Below are positions 51,074 through 63,549 of a DNA stretch of 64,000 nucleotides, one piece after another. Every line of letters begins with the position of its first letter. Position 1 is the stretch's first letter. The stretch is taken from positions 144,646,001-144,710,000 of the forward strand of contig OZ024742.1 in NCBI GenBank assembly GCA_964016885.1. Reading direction: 5' to 3'. The notes beneath the pieces were generated by a model. That model ran no database searches. It was not told the origin of the DNA and saw only the letters and a program-made list of their open reading frames with translations. A program made the translations under genes and the position numbers. Source of the DNA: Eledone cirrhosa. Taxonomy: Eukaryota.

Positions 51074-53078
51074 GGTTGATGATGATTTCATTTGCTCCAT
51101 TCCTATTGAACCAGTGAAGCATGAGATGGCTGATGTACCTTCTCTTGCAGAGGTGACTTCTGCTGTGTATAAGCTGAACTGTGGTAAGTCTCCTTGTATG
51201 GGTGGTCTGGGTGCAGTGATTTTGAAGAGCGGTGGTGAAAGCTTCATGCAGCGCCTGACTGACCTCACGAAAAAGGTGTGGGAAAATGAGAATGTCCCCC
51301 AAGATTGGAAGGATGCACTCATGGTGATTCTCCATAAAGGAAAGGGTGGGAAAGACAAATGTGCCAATAATCGTGGCATATCCTTTCTTTCAGTAGTTGG
51401 TAAAGTCATGTGTCGAATTTTGATGGATAGACTGATCTCAGGGGTTGCTGTGAATGAGTCGCAGGGTGGGTTCAGAAACGAAAGAGGAACAGTGGATATG
51501 ATCTTTTCTGCTCGGCAGCTGCAAGAAAAGTGTATCGAACAATGTATGGACCTTTACCAGGTCTTTGTTGACTTGACAAAGGCCATTGTCACATTCAATC
51601 GAACTGCGTTGTGGAAAATTTTGGAAAAGCTTGACTGCCCGCCAAAGTCTGTGAAGATTCTGTATTTTTTCATGGTGACATGAAGGCTTGGGTCAGTATT
51701 GGTAGTAGCATCTCTTAACCAATATCAGTTGAAAATGGAGTGAAGCAGGGGAACATTCCGGCTCCAACTCTGTTTTCCTTATATTTTACGATAGTGTTTC
51801 TCATGGTATTCTGGAAGAATTGTTCGCATGGTGTTTACATCAGGTATCGCACTCCAGGAAGGTTGTTCAACACCAGGCGCTTTGGTACAAGCACAAAAGT
51901 ATTAATAGCTATAATCCGAGAGTTTTTGTATGCAGATTACTGCGATCTTTTTACACACTCACAAAGAGACATGCAGCATATTATGAACTCCTTTTCTGAA
52001 GCTTGCAGCGCTTCGGGCCTCACAATAAGCTTGGAAAAGACTATTATGATGTATCAGCCAGCACCTGGAAAAGAGTACACTACACCAAGTGTGTACGTCT
52101 ACGGAAAGAGGCTAAAAGTTGCTGGCAAGTTTGTTTACCTTGGTAGTACGCTGAACAACTTATGCACACTGGATGATGAAGCATCGTTAAGAATCAAGAA
52201 AGCCAGTGATGCTTTTGGACGGCTGCATGAATGTTTATGGTCCCGACGAGGTATCACTATCGAAACCAAGGTGAAAGTGTAACTGACTTGTGTCGTCTCC
52301 TCTTTGCTTTATGCTTGCGAAACGTGGGTCACATACAGAAAGCACCTCAAGGAACTGGAAAGATTTCACCAACAATCTCTTCGTAAGTTACTTGGGGTGC
52401 GATGGAAAATGTTCGTCAGTGATTTGGAAGTTCTCGAACGGAGCAGGTGCGTGACTATAGAGAGCATGATCTTTCGGCACCAGTTGAGGTGGTGTGGACA
52501 CGTGGTCCGGATGTCTGATGATCGCATTCCAAAACAACTTCTCTACGGAGAACTGTGTGAAGGAAGGTGACCACCACACAAACCAAAAATGCAGTACCGG
52601 GACTGTGTCAGGGACACATTGGCTTTCGCTGGAATTCATCTGACGAATGGGAGAAAATGGCTGAGGAGCGAGTGAAGTGGAGACTTTTGATCAAGTCAGG
52701 TAGTGAACACTTTGAAACTCGTCGGAGAGAACACCTAACACTGAAAAGGAAGGTAAGGAAAAGAGACTGTTCTGAACTGCCTGCTGTTGAACAACATTTG
52801 GTTTGCCAGCACTGTGGTCAAGTCTGCCTGAGTAAAGCTGGTTTGACTAGACACGAACAAAGTCATATCAGTAGACCTCATGTAGATTATGATCTGAAAA
52901 GGTGTAAGCAATGTGGCAAGGAATGTGCTAGCATGGGAGATCTTACAAGCCACAATAGAACACGCAGCCAGAACAAAGCAATGGAAAGTCCCGGTTTAAA
53001 GAGCCACATTCGTGCCTCACATTTTTTAGCATTTTATTAGGCGATGGCAATGCTCGAACACGAGTTTACAACCATCAT
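51074..53078 (+). mobile_element. 5'-truncated, mildly decayed RTE (BovB-like) LINE with C-terminal C2H2 fingers
   Basis: ORF pieces 51114-53040: WKDA, NRGISFLS..GK, ESQGGFR..RGT.DMIF, FVDLTKA, KQG..APTLF, LYADY (YADD mutated), FVYLGS, LYACETW, QLRWCGHV.RM...R.PKQLLYGEL. Stops and frameshifts present. Confidence 0.95.
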
Positions 53079-53160
53079 GTATATGTATCTATGTGCATAT
53101 GCACGTATAAATGTATGTATATATGCATGTATGTAAGTATGCACACGCACGCACACACAC

Positions 53161-53255
<95 letters not shown>

Positions 53256-53280
53256 AACACACACATATATATATATATAT

Positions 53281-53685
53281 TCAGGTTTGAGGTTCACCAC
53301 TGTATAGAGCTGGTCTATTCCGTATGGTCAATCGTAATGCAATAATATAGAGAGTACTCAACGTAAGGCAGTTCAACCGTCTTTGTTTTTGTAGTTGGTG
53401 GTGCTATTACGGAGTTAAATATTATATCTGACCGGTAGTAGCATACTATAAACTTTAGCCACGTCACTCCAGGGCGACCGGCTGAGGTTGAAGGAACAGA
53501 ATAGCGGTCACCCTCGGGTCCTCGATTTTCAGTCCCATGGATTTTATCTATTACATTCACGTATTATATTTCGAATACCTGATGATGTCACCGGATTCAT
53601 ACGGAACCCGGTCATTGAAATGATCATAGTATAATAAACCTTTCAAGGATTTACACAAATCCAGCCTCTTGTCATTTCATTGTAT
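53281..53685 (+). mobile_element. About 400-bp non-coding PLE-pLTR/retrozyme-like element between (TA)n tracts
   Basis: Hammerhead followed immediately by AATAAA near the 3' end. TA repeats on both sides. Confidence 0.65.
53575..53632 (+). ncRNA. Type I hammerhead ribozyme with palindromic minimal stem III
   Basis: ATAC-CTGATGA(53579-85)-TG..ACCGG/CCGGT-CA-GAAA(53617-20)-TGATCA-TA|GTAT. Stem III ATGATCAT is self-complementary. AUA site. Confidence 0.82.
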
Positions 53686-54060
53686 TATATATATATATAT
53701 ATATATATATACCGTGGCGGACTGGCCAGGTTGCCAGGTTGCCTAATGGTAAGTGGGCCCAGGAGTCCACCGTAGCATTGCAAGAGCCTACAGTAGCATT
53801 GCAGGGCCCACTGTAGTATTTTAGGGGCCAATGGTTTTGCTTTAAAAAAATACCTGAAATCTAAGAGACCTGAAATCTAAAAAAAATTAATTAATTAATT
53901 AAGCAAAGCATTTGGTCAACCAATCCTCTGGGAATTACTAGAAATCAAAATATACGATAGTGCAAATAGCTGGAATCAGTGGTTGTACATTCTACTAAAT
54001 CTAAAGCTTAGTGTATTCATGCATGCATGCAAACATACATATATAGACACAGACACACAA

Positions 54061-54142
<82 letters not shown>

Positions 54143-54194
54143 TAAAATAACAGATTGAAGTTTAAGCAAAGAATCGCTTCAAATTTATTATTAT

Positions 54195-54244
<50 letters not shown>

Positions 54245-54677
54245 TAGTAATAAAGACAGTAAATTGTGTGTTTAAAATGACGAGGGTTAAGATACCACGT
54301 TGGTTTGACAGATTTAACCTGATGCAAACGGAAAATACAGGATAAAGAGTACAGACCGTTTCAATAACTATTTCATCTCCCGGACAGATTAGAGATTTAA
54401 TCTGTTTCGCCCTGAGAATTGTGTTTGTAACAATCTCCTTAGAATATTTATCCTTTCTTCAATACACAGTCCACAAGACGGATTGCCCCTTGCGTATGGC
54501 TTGGACTTAGCGATGGCTTTCCATTGAATGAAGTAGTCTATACCTAAGACCTTAAGGGACCATACGTGACTCGCGAGTTTCGTGATCACATAGGATTTGT
54601 GGGTATGGCGGAGAGCCAATTTAAGAAAAGCTTCCTGAACCATCAGTAGACCTTTAGGTGCCCGGACAAACGTCATC

Positions 54678-54927
54678 CACGAAACTCGCGAGCCACGTAT
54701 GGTCCCTCAAGGACTCAGGTGTAGACTACTCCATTCAATGGAAATCCATCACTAAGTCCAAGCCATACGCAAGGGGCAATCCGTCTTGTGGACTGTGTAT
54801 TGAAGAAAGGATAAATATTTTAAGGAGATTACGCAATAGCGATTGCCTAAATTCAAGAAATGAAATCTTCTCACGTTGTCCACATGTCTGGAAACACCTC
54901 TTGAATAACTACAAAGCTCTGGATTGA
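54678..54927 (+). pseudogene. C-terminal part of Penelope GIY-YIG endonuclease domain
   Basis: TKLASHVWSLK..GVDYSIQW..I.K.KPY......CGLCIEE...I........LNSRNEIFSRCPH fits the PLE C-terminal pattern (W.LK, C.LC..E, LN.R.E...C.H). 5'-truncated. Confidence 0.85.
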
Positions 54928-55100
54928 AGAACAATAACATTCCAATTTTCTAATCAACCCGAACATCTTTTCCGGACTTTCGTAGTTATCTCCCTTACAC
55001 CTTTCGCCCGTGGTTTTGTATCGCTTGGGTGAAGTGACCGTTTCTGCGCATGTGCGTTCATACGATTGTTCTTCCTGTTCCGTATAACCATGACCAGTCC

Positions 55101-55137
55101 GAGTTGATGATCCGCATAAGGTGAAACAATTGTTCTC
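55101..55137 (+). ncRNA. Minimal type I hammerhead, C3U variant, in PLE 3' UTR
   Basis: GAG-TTGATGA-T CC gcataa GG T-GAAA-CAATTG-TT|CTC. Palindromic stem III ACAATTGT. The U3.G8 wobble may reduce activity. Confidence 0.7.
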
Positions 55138-55228
55138 AGTATGATGAACTAACTGTTGTGTTACTACCTAACTCGTTCCATGGACTGAGTGCTCTACCAC
55201 TACGGATATTACCTTCCAGTGTTCTACC

Positions 55229-55336
<108 letters not shown>

Positions 55337-55411
55337 GGGGGGTACGGGATGAGGTGGAACAGAGATGAAAAACAAAACGTGGGTGTAGTTTATGGAACAC
55401 CAAAATCATTT

Positions 55412-55834
55412 AGAAGTCGACCTTAAGTAGGAGCAATAACATTAAGAAAGACATGAACGACACCACATCATTTTGTTCTGAAAATTTTGAAAGTAGGTTT
55501 ATAAGTATGAATTTTCATAAGACTTTCGTAGTTGTCTCTGTGGCCTAGCGGTATCTACTTGAGACGATGGAGATTCTGGCCTTGGATTTTTATTTTACAA
55601 AACCCATAGAAAAAAAAAATGAAAAGGCTTACGGGGAACCCTACTCCCGACCAGGATCGAACTTCAGACCAGAATCACCATCGTCTATGATTCCTCCAAG
55701 TAGGCCACCGAGACAACTCGAAAAGTATTAGGAAAATTTATAATTGTAAACCTACTTTCAAAATCAAAGTTTAAAAGATGTGGTGTCGTTCATGGTTTTC
55801 CTAGAGCTATTAGTAATATTTAGGGTCGACTTCT
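55412..55834. mobile_element. Imperfect long inverted-repeat element with tRNA-like heads in both arms
   Basis: Arms of about 170 bp (AGAAGTCGACC..CATGAACGACACCACATC.. / ..GATGTGGTGTCGTTCATG..GGTCGACTTCT). A-box-like TGGCCTAGCGG at 55541. B-box GTTCGATCC on the minus strand at 55654-62. Confidence 0.7.
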
Positions 55835-56296
55835 GATCGTTATTGAAAGTCTCTGGATTTCGCAAAATAGATTATATTTTTTATTGGAGAAGGTAAGATA
55901 TTTTCCCGCAAAATTTTAATTTCACTCTTTTTTTTTCCACATGTATTTTTCTTAAATGTTATTTATTCATTATAAAAATTAAATGATAGCATTCTATACG
56001 TACATACATGCATACATACATGTATGTATGTATGTATGTATGTATGTATGTATGTATGTATGTATGTATGTATGTATGTATGTATGTATGTATGTATGTA
56101 TGTATGTATGCCTTTTATTTTTTATTGAACTAAGGCCGTGCTATGACACCTCCTTGAATTCTAGTCCAACATATTCACCTCAGTAATTGTTTTATCGACC
56201 CCGCTTTGTCGAACCACTCATTTACAAGTTATAAAAAACACATCTTCATTGACACAAACACAGGCATATATATATATGTGTGTGTGTGTATTATAC

Positions 56297-56331
<35 letters not shown>

Positions 56332-56448
56332 TTAATTGAGACAATTATCACGATACATAAAACTGGTTATAAATACTAAAATAATGGCAGTAGACAGATA
56401 TAATTTTAATGTAACATTTATTACAACAAAAACATTTATCAATTAATA

Positions 56449-56488
<40 letters not shown>

Positions 56489-56613
56489 TTGAAATAAAAT
56501 GAAAACGAAATTTCATTTCTCACTCTTAGTACGGCACTTACTTAAATGTAAGTATGTATGTATACGTATGTATGTATACGTATATACATATATGTATACA
56601 GACGTACAGTAGC

Positions 56614-56686
<73 letters not shown>

Positions 56687-57119
56687 CATACAGGTACACA
56701 TACATATATGCACGTATCAGTTTAGCGGACGCTTATTATAACGCCGCTTTGTTCGTTTGTAAACAAACTGAACAGCCTGAATTTATGCCATACGGTGTTA
56801 AGGCAACCACGTGACCTTTTTGTTCAACACTGACACAGGAACGATGTACTAGTTTCAAGCTTGTTAGCTATCATTAGCACCGTATACCCTTCTGTCAGAT
56901 AGTTGAACGTTCGAAAGTATATACTTTCCTTATGAAAATTAACGGCTGAGCAGCCTAATTTGCATATCGAGTGAGTTAAATCGGTCAGGCATACCGAAAA
57001 CGATAAGTTGAAATAAAATGAAAACGAAATTTCATTTCTCACTCTTAGTACGGCACTTACTTAAATGTAAGTATGTATGTATACGTACATACATATATGT
57101 ATACAGACGTACAGTAGCA

Positions 57120-57183
<64 letters not shown>

Positions 57184-57395
57184 CAGGTACACATACATAT
57201 ATGCACGTATCAGTTTAGCGGACGCTTATTATAACGCCGCTTTGTTCGTTTGTAAACAAACTGAACAGCCTGAATTTATGCCATACGGTGTTAAGGCAAC
57301 CACGTCACCGTTTTGTTCAACACTGACACAGGAACGACGTACTAGTTTCAAGCTTGTTAGCTATCATCAGACAGAACTATCTGACAGAAGGGTAT

Positions 57396-57438
57396 ACGGT
57401 GCTGATGATAGCTAACAAGCTTGAAACTAGTACATCGT
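57396..57438 (+). ncRNA. Minimal type I hammerhead ribozyme
   Basis: ACGGTG-CTGATGA-T AGC taacaa GCT T-GAAA-CTAG-TA|CATCGT: 6-bp stem I, palindromic ACTAGT stem III, GUA site. Confidence 0.85.
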
Positions 57439-57611
57439 TCCTGTGTCAGTGTTGAACAAAAAGGTCACGTGGTTGCCTTAACACCGTATGGCATAAATTC
57501 AGTCTGTTCAGTTTGTTTACAAACGAACAAAGCGGCGTTATAATAAGCGTCCGCTAAACTGATACGTGCATATATGTATGTGTACCTGTATGTATATATA
57601 TATATATATAT

Positions 57612-57807
57612 ATGTCAGGTCACCAGTTGGTGCTACTGGTAACATGTATCCCAGTACAACCTGTCTCATGGTCGGGTCGTTGGCGACTAAACTGGCAACC
57701 CCACCAAGGTTTCTTGGTGAGGAGGGTGACTTTGGACATCCTGCAGGACTAAAAACAAAACCTGTCAAAGGGCAAAGGAGCTCTTAAGAGTCAATAGCCA
57801 TCCAAAA
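57612..57807 (+). mobile_element. 5' part of the RTE-tailed non-autonomous element (second copy)
   Basis: Strong similarity to the reverse complement of 22397-22592. Confidence 0.8.
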
Positions 57808-58471
57808 TCACCGGGAGAGATGACCCCTTAGCCTTTGTCAAGGCAGAATTCTAGGAGAAGGAAAACTCTGATATAACACCTGCAACCCTGATGGTATCCA
57901 ATGATGTTGACTTGTTCTTCTTTTTGGTAAATATCATCTTGGTTAAGAGAGTGGGACTGGCTTTGTGCAGTGCCTTTGCTCACTATAAAAGCTTCACGGC
58001 ACAGGCATTGCTTTATATCTGGAGATCTCTCTGCACTTGTCCTCACATGGTACCATGGGCCCAGCACTATGTGTCAATAATTGTCACAAGTATAGTGTTT
58101 GTACCAGAGTTTTCAAGTCGCTGGCTGGACTAAAAAGTCACACTCGTTCAGCGCTTCGGTAGGGCTTCTCCTACATGGATATAAAGTAGTGGCCGTACTC
58201 GAAATCGAGTTGGCAGCCACCATATATATATATATGCATGCTACTGTACGTCTGTATACATATATGTATGTACGTATACATACATACTTACATTTAAATA
58301 AGTGCCGTACTAAGAGTGAGAAATGAAATTTCGTTTTCATTTTATTTCAACTTATCGTTTTCGGTATGTCTGACCGATTTTACTCACTCGATATGCAAAT
58401 TAGGCTGCTCAGCCGTTAATTTTCATAAGGAAAGTATATACTTTCGAACGTTCAACTATCTGACAGAAGGG

Positions 58472-58509
<38 letters not shown>

Positions 58510-58562
58510 TGCTACTGTACGTCTGTATACATATATGTATGTACGTATACATACATACTTAC

Positions 58563-58631
<69 letters not shown>

Positions 58632-58878
58632 CAAGTAAGAATATGTTCGAAACAGCGAGCGGGTTTGAAATTATTATAAATGTAAGCTATCGCCGTATTT
58701 TGACTAAAGAAATTAATGAAATTATTTAGCCTGATAGTGGGGTTAAGAACCCTCGGAGAAATGGAAAAAGATGAGTATTGACGTACATGGGATATATATA
58801 TAATTGGTGTTGGATGCTTAAAGCGTCCGTTTGCGGTAGGCTGTTTGAGCACTCGATGCTCTCATAGAGCAGAGTATG

Positions 58879-58968
58879 ATATCACAGAAAAAAAGAGAAT
58901 CTGTGTTGCGACGAATGAAATTTATTGGACATATTACAATCGCTGCAACACTGATTCTCTTTTTTTCT

Positions 58969-58975
<7 letters not shown>
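58879..58975. repeat. Inverted repeat with about 31-bp arms abutting (TA)n
   Basis: ATATCACAGAAAAAAAGAGAATCTGTGTTGC / GCAACACTGATTCTCTTTTTTTCTGTGATAT. Confidence 0.85.
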
Positions 58976-59019
<44 letters not shown>

Positions 59020-59318
59020 AAGTATTTCACCAAGGAAAATATAAACATCGGTGAGAAAGGAGATTAGGAATTTATTTGCTTTAACCTCTGTCTCTGTGTC
59101 TATTATTATTGTCTATATATACTGACTACAATATATATTGTTCCATAATATGCAATAGTTAATTATTTATCACACTTCGTGATCTCTTCTGGACCTGTAT
59201 ACCATATTCCCCTGCTTGGATAGTTATGCTATACCGTCGAGTGAAACTGTCTGGTAAGCAGTTTTCTTGTTTAAGCATTCCTTCCTGATATACATAAACA
59301 AAACTTTATCTACCTTCA

Positions 59319-59396
<78 letters not shown>

Positions 59397-59404
59397 CACA
59401 TATA

Positions 59405-59571
59405 TATAATAACTAGAGATTGATTAATCATATTGTAAGGTATCTATTTTTGAAGTTCTGGTCAACTTTATTTAGTTACCCACCTAGCTATGTGTGATTA
59501 CACACTTGTAAAAATTATCTCCTGTGATTATTCATGTTTATTTATATGTTAATCAATCTCTAGTTATTATA
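59405..59571. repeat. Inverted repeat with 23-bp perfect arms abutting (TA)n
   Basis: TATAATAACTAGAGATTGATTAA / TTAATCAATCTCTAGTTATTATA. Confidence 0.85.
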
Positions 59572-59693
59572 AAATGCTCGGACCTACTCGTTAGAATCTT
59601 AGAGCTTATTTTGCGGGTGATATGGCACATGTCTTTCTGGCATGACACCCATAATTTTGATTTAGATTAAATTCATTTGATTTATCTTAATTT

Positions 59694-59753
<60 letters not shown>

Positions 59754-59963
59754 AATACACACAGATATAGTGAATATTTATGCTAGAACACACCGTGTAT
59801 TTGAAGAATAAACTTAGAGTAGATGGATATATATACATATATATATATATATACATAGCTACACTTTTTTTTATTAGATGCCTTAGCTCTGAAAAGAATA
59901 AGTTAGAAACTGTAAACACTTTCAAATATTCCTCCGTACACAGAAATAGATAACACATAAGAT

Positions 59964-60015
59964 ATTATTTTATGCCAACATTTCAATAATCTTTGCCGTC
60001 TCATCAGAGAATAAT
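59964..60015 (-). ncRNA. Decayed type I hammerhead
   Basis: ATTATTCT-CTGATGA-...-GAAA-TG ttgg CA-TA|AAATAAT. Core intact, stem II poorly paired, stem I bulged. Confidence 0.5.
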
Positions 60016-60095
60016 TGCCCCTATAATACCGTGTACGAAGGAATATTGTTATAGCAATAATAAATATGTCTCATACATTATACAGAATATAATTG

Positions 60096-60150
<55 letters not shown>

Positions 60151-60275
60151 TCTGTGTGTGTGTGGGTGTGGGTGTGTACATGTGTGTGTGTGTCTAATAT
60201 GTATGTATCTATATATATATTACATACATATTACACACACGCGCACGCACGCACACACACACACACACACACATA

Positions 60276-60321
<46 letters not shown>

Positions 60322-60323
<2 letters not shown>

Positions 60324-60637
60324 GAAGACGTTTGGCTTAGTGGTTAGAACAAGTGGGATGTTGTGAGCTTGATTCTCGGACCGGGTGATGCGTTGTGACC
60401 TTGAGCAAGACACTTTATTTCACGTTGCTCCAGTTTATTCACCTGTAGAAATGAAATGAGTTGCGACGTTACTGGTGCCAAGCTGTATCGGCCATTGCCT
60501 TTTCCTTGGACAACATCGGTGGCGTGGAGAGGGGGAGGCTGGTATGCATGGGGGTGACTGCTGGTCTACCACAAAGAACCTTGCCCGGACTTATGCCAGG
60601 CGAAATCCTGTAGTCATGAGTAACCGATGTGGGTCTT
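60322..60637 (+). mobile_element. tRNA-derived CORE-type SINE
   Basis: A-box TGGCTTAGTGG and CORE-like TTGTGACCTTGAGCAAGACACTTTA...CTCCAGTT...CCTGTAGAAATG. Confidence 0.75.
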
Positions 60638-61018
60638 TATTCTTTATATGTAATAAGATACATGTCTTCATTTATCCATGCTCGGTGTAAAACAAGACGT
60701 AAAAATTTGTTAACAGTTTTATGTTGATTTATTCGTACTTTGTAATGATTCGCAGTATTACTAGGGATATGAGACATGTGTATATATATAATTGCACTTA
60801 GGTCAAAATCTTGGCTGTCCACCTTTGTATTTCATATATTTAAATGCTCTTATTTAAGCTGCAAACCGTTAGACAATTGCTACATAATTTAGAAATCGAC
60901 GACTCTCTCTAGAATATTTACCGCACACATAGAGGACGAAACATTTAATATCTACACCTTCACATTTATCCCTAAACGTATATATAGACATACTCACGCC
61001 CATACACACACACACATG

Positions 61019-61094
<76 letters not shown>

Positions 61095-61492
61095 ACACAC
61101 ACACCACACACCACACACACATATATATATATATATTCAATATATAAATCCTTGCTAAAGAATACCATCATTGATTCATCGCTGATCAAAGAGCTTCGAT
61201 GGAATAGCTAGAAACCTATCCACGCTCATACAGATCATTATCGATAATTAACACACATACATAGATTAACACTCATAAATAGAACAGTATACAATTATAT
61301 AGACACAAGTATATATAAATATGTATATATAATATATGTGCGCAGGCATGGTTCTCTGGTTAGGATGTTCGTTCCACAATTACATGTTTCCGTGTTCAAT
61401 ACCGTTGCATAACACCATACTAACTCAGCCATCTGATAAATTTTGATCGATAAAATTAGTTCAGTTGTTTAAACTAACTTTCTTTTAATGCT

Positions 61493-61887
61493 GGTATGTT
61501 TAGGAAGCCGTACAATGCAGGTGAGTTTGAAATACCAAGGCGACGACAAGATTGGGGTTGGGGGATAGAGAGAGGTGAGGTAGAATTAAAAAAAGTGGAA
61601 GGAGGAAAATAAAAGGACTAGAATGACTCTTTGTTTATTACCTTAGTAGTTTATTAATCCCAATATTTCGGATCTACCATCCATTATCAAGGGAGATCCA
61701 TGGGGGAGATGGTAAATCTGAAATATTAGGATTAATAAATTACTAAGGTAACAATCAGTCATTTTTATCCCTTTATTTTCCTCCTTCTTCCCCCTTTTGC
61801 TTTCTACCTCACCTCTCTCAATTCCCTTGCCACTTGTAGCCTCGGTATTTCAAACCCACATGCATTATACAGCTTTCTAAACATACC
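61493..61887. repeat. Old imperfect 395-bp palindrome (pLTR-like fold-back)
   Basis: Arms of about 190 bp. Centre is a stem followed by GAAATATTAGGATTAATAAA. Confidence 0.8.
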
Positions 61888-62098
61888 CACTTGTCATTTT
61901 ATTCCACAATGCTTCAAGCAAACTACACCACTCTATTTTCTTTACACACACAAAACAAAACATAACCATACAGTGAGTAGATCATAACCAGTGGATTAAC
62001 TCCAGATCTCTGGACCTTTCACACTTGTTGATTATCAACTGGCATTGAGTTAAAATTTACTTTGCCAAACATATTGTTGTTTTCTAAACTTGTCTGAA

Positions 62099-62161
<63 letters not shown>

Positions 62162-62230
62162 TATGAAGAGAGAAGAAACATTTAGATATAATTAGTAATA
62201 AAATGTATCATACCTAAACTGCTCCTAGAT

Positions 62231-62320
62231 TCCTCGACTACGTAGTTTCGTGGCATAAACAAAAACAATACATCATAAAGATATAGAGTCCTTGCGAGGT
62301 CTGCCGACTTATCAAGAGGA
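62231..62320 (-). ncRNA. Type I hammerhead, U3-A8 variant (mirror copy)
   Basis: Exact reverse complement of 62443-62532. Confidence 0.75.
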
Positions 62321-62442
62321 TACCTCAAACAGGCTTAGCTCTGTTTCTCGACCGTTATATCGCGTGACTATCTCCCCCTCCGCCTTTTGGGATTCTTTCT
62401 CACGTTGTGGAGACGCGTTCTTGAGACTAGTAAAATGAGGTA

Positions 62443-62532
62443 TCCTCTTGATAAGTCGGCAGACCTCGCAAGGACTCTATATCTTTATGATGTATTGTTT
62501 TTGTTTATGCCACGAAACTACGTAGTCGAGGA
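62443..62532 (+). ncRNA. Type I hammerhead, U3-A8 variant with long stem II loop
   Basis: TCCTC-TTGATAA-GT(C)GGCA...TGCCAC-GAAA-CTACGTAG-TC|GAGGA. Palindromic stem III ACTACGTAGT, GUC site. Confidence 0.75.
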
Positions 62533-62771
62533 ATCTAGGAGCAGTTTAGGTATGATACATTTTATTACTAATTATATCTAAATGTTTCTTCTCTCTTCAT
62601 AATGTATTTTTAACTCTGATACTGGTTCAGTCTGGTTCAACCGGATTGGTCTGTCCCAGTCATTCATTGAGCAACATCGGTGAAGTTGGCACCCTTAACT
62701 CATGGTTGGGTGCGGATGCATTCATGTATATGTGTGTGTCCGCATGTATCTGTGTGTTTCTAAATATATTG

Positions 62772-62810
<39 letters not shown>

Positions 62811-62824
62811 TTCAGACAAGTTGA

Positions 62825-62861
<37 letters not shown>

Positions 62862-63399
62862 CAAACCAGAGTATATATATATATAACGCACCAGAGTACT
62901 CGGGTAGTAAAGTTAGGGTAGTAAAGTTTTTCCTATATATATATATATATATATAATTTGTGCGTATGTGTATATGTATGGATATAATGCATCTCCACGT
63001 ATGACCACAAGGGTATGTACCATTTTATGAAATGATTATTTTTTTAAATTGTGTATTTGTATGAAGACCAAGTGAAATCCACTCAAGCCCACCATCCCTC
63101 CTCATGCCATTAAGTACAATCAGAAACGAAACAACAGATAGAAGGAATAAGAGAAAGGAATTAGTCAGAATCGAACCCACTTCACTTAATTCGCATGCTG
63201 AAATCTTGCCAATACACTACAAAGTTCACACACAAGTAAATGACCTTAGAACATATCTGGCAAATAGTATGTTGCATTTATGCTAATACAGTTATATATC
63301 TATTTACATGCATATATTCATATAAATACAAACACTTGTCCATTATGGTAAATCTAAATATATATGTAGTTGCATAACACAGACTTGTATTTATACAAA

Positions 63400-63487
<88 letters not shown>

Positions 63488-63511
63488 ATATTTGTATATA
63501 TGTATAATATT

Positions 63512-63549
<38 letters not shown>

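Larger units (their letters stand above)
56484..58565. repeat. Tandem plus inverted array of a roughly 500-nt hammerhead-containing monomer
   Basis: Units start at 56484 and 57003. Inversion begins at about 57376, is interrupted at 57612-58220 and resumes 58221-58474. Copies are nearly identical apart from microsatellite length. Confidence 0.9.
62156..62607. mobile_element. Young inverted-repeat element: about 172-bp apparently perfect arms, 108-bp spacer, hammerhead in each arm
   Basis: 62156-62327 is the reverse complement of 62436-62607. Begins at (TA)n. Confidence 0.9.

Noticed and set aside
59211-59261. CTGCT...GAAAC..GTA AGCAG hammerhead-like frame (also 61181-61220)
   Set aside because: Core CUGANGA is not preserved and stem II is unconvincing.
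63160-63222. tRNA-like segment on the minus strand (also 22700-22762)
   Set aside because: Only degenerate A/B boxes and no cloverleaf. Likely SINE head debris, not a tRNA gene.
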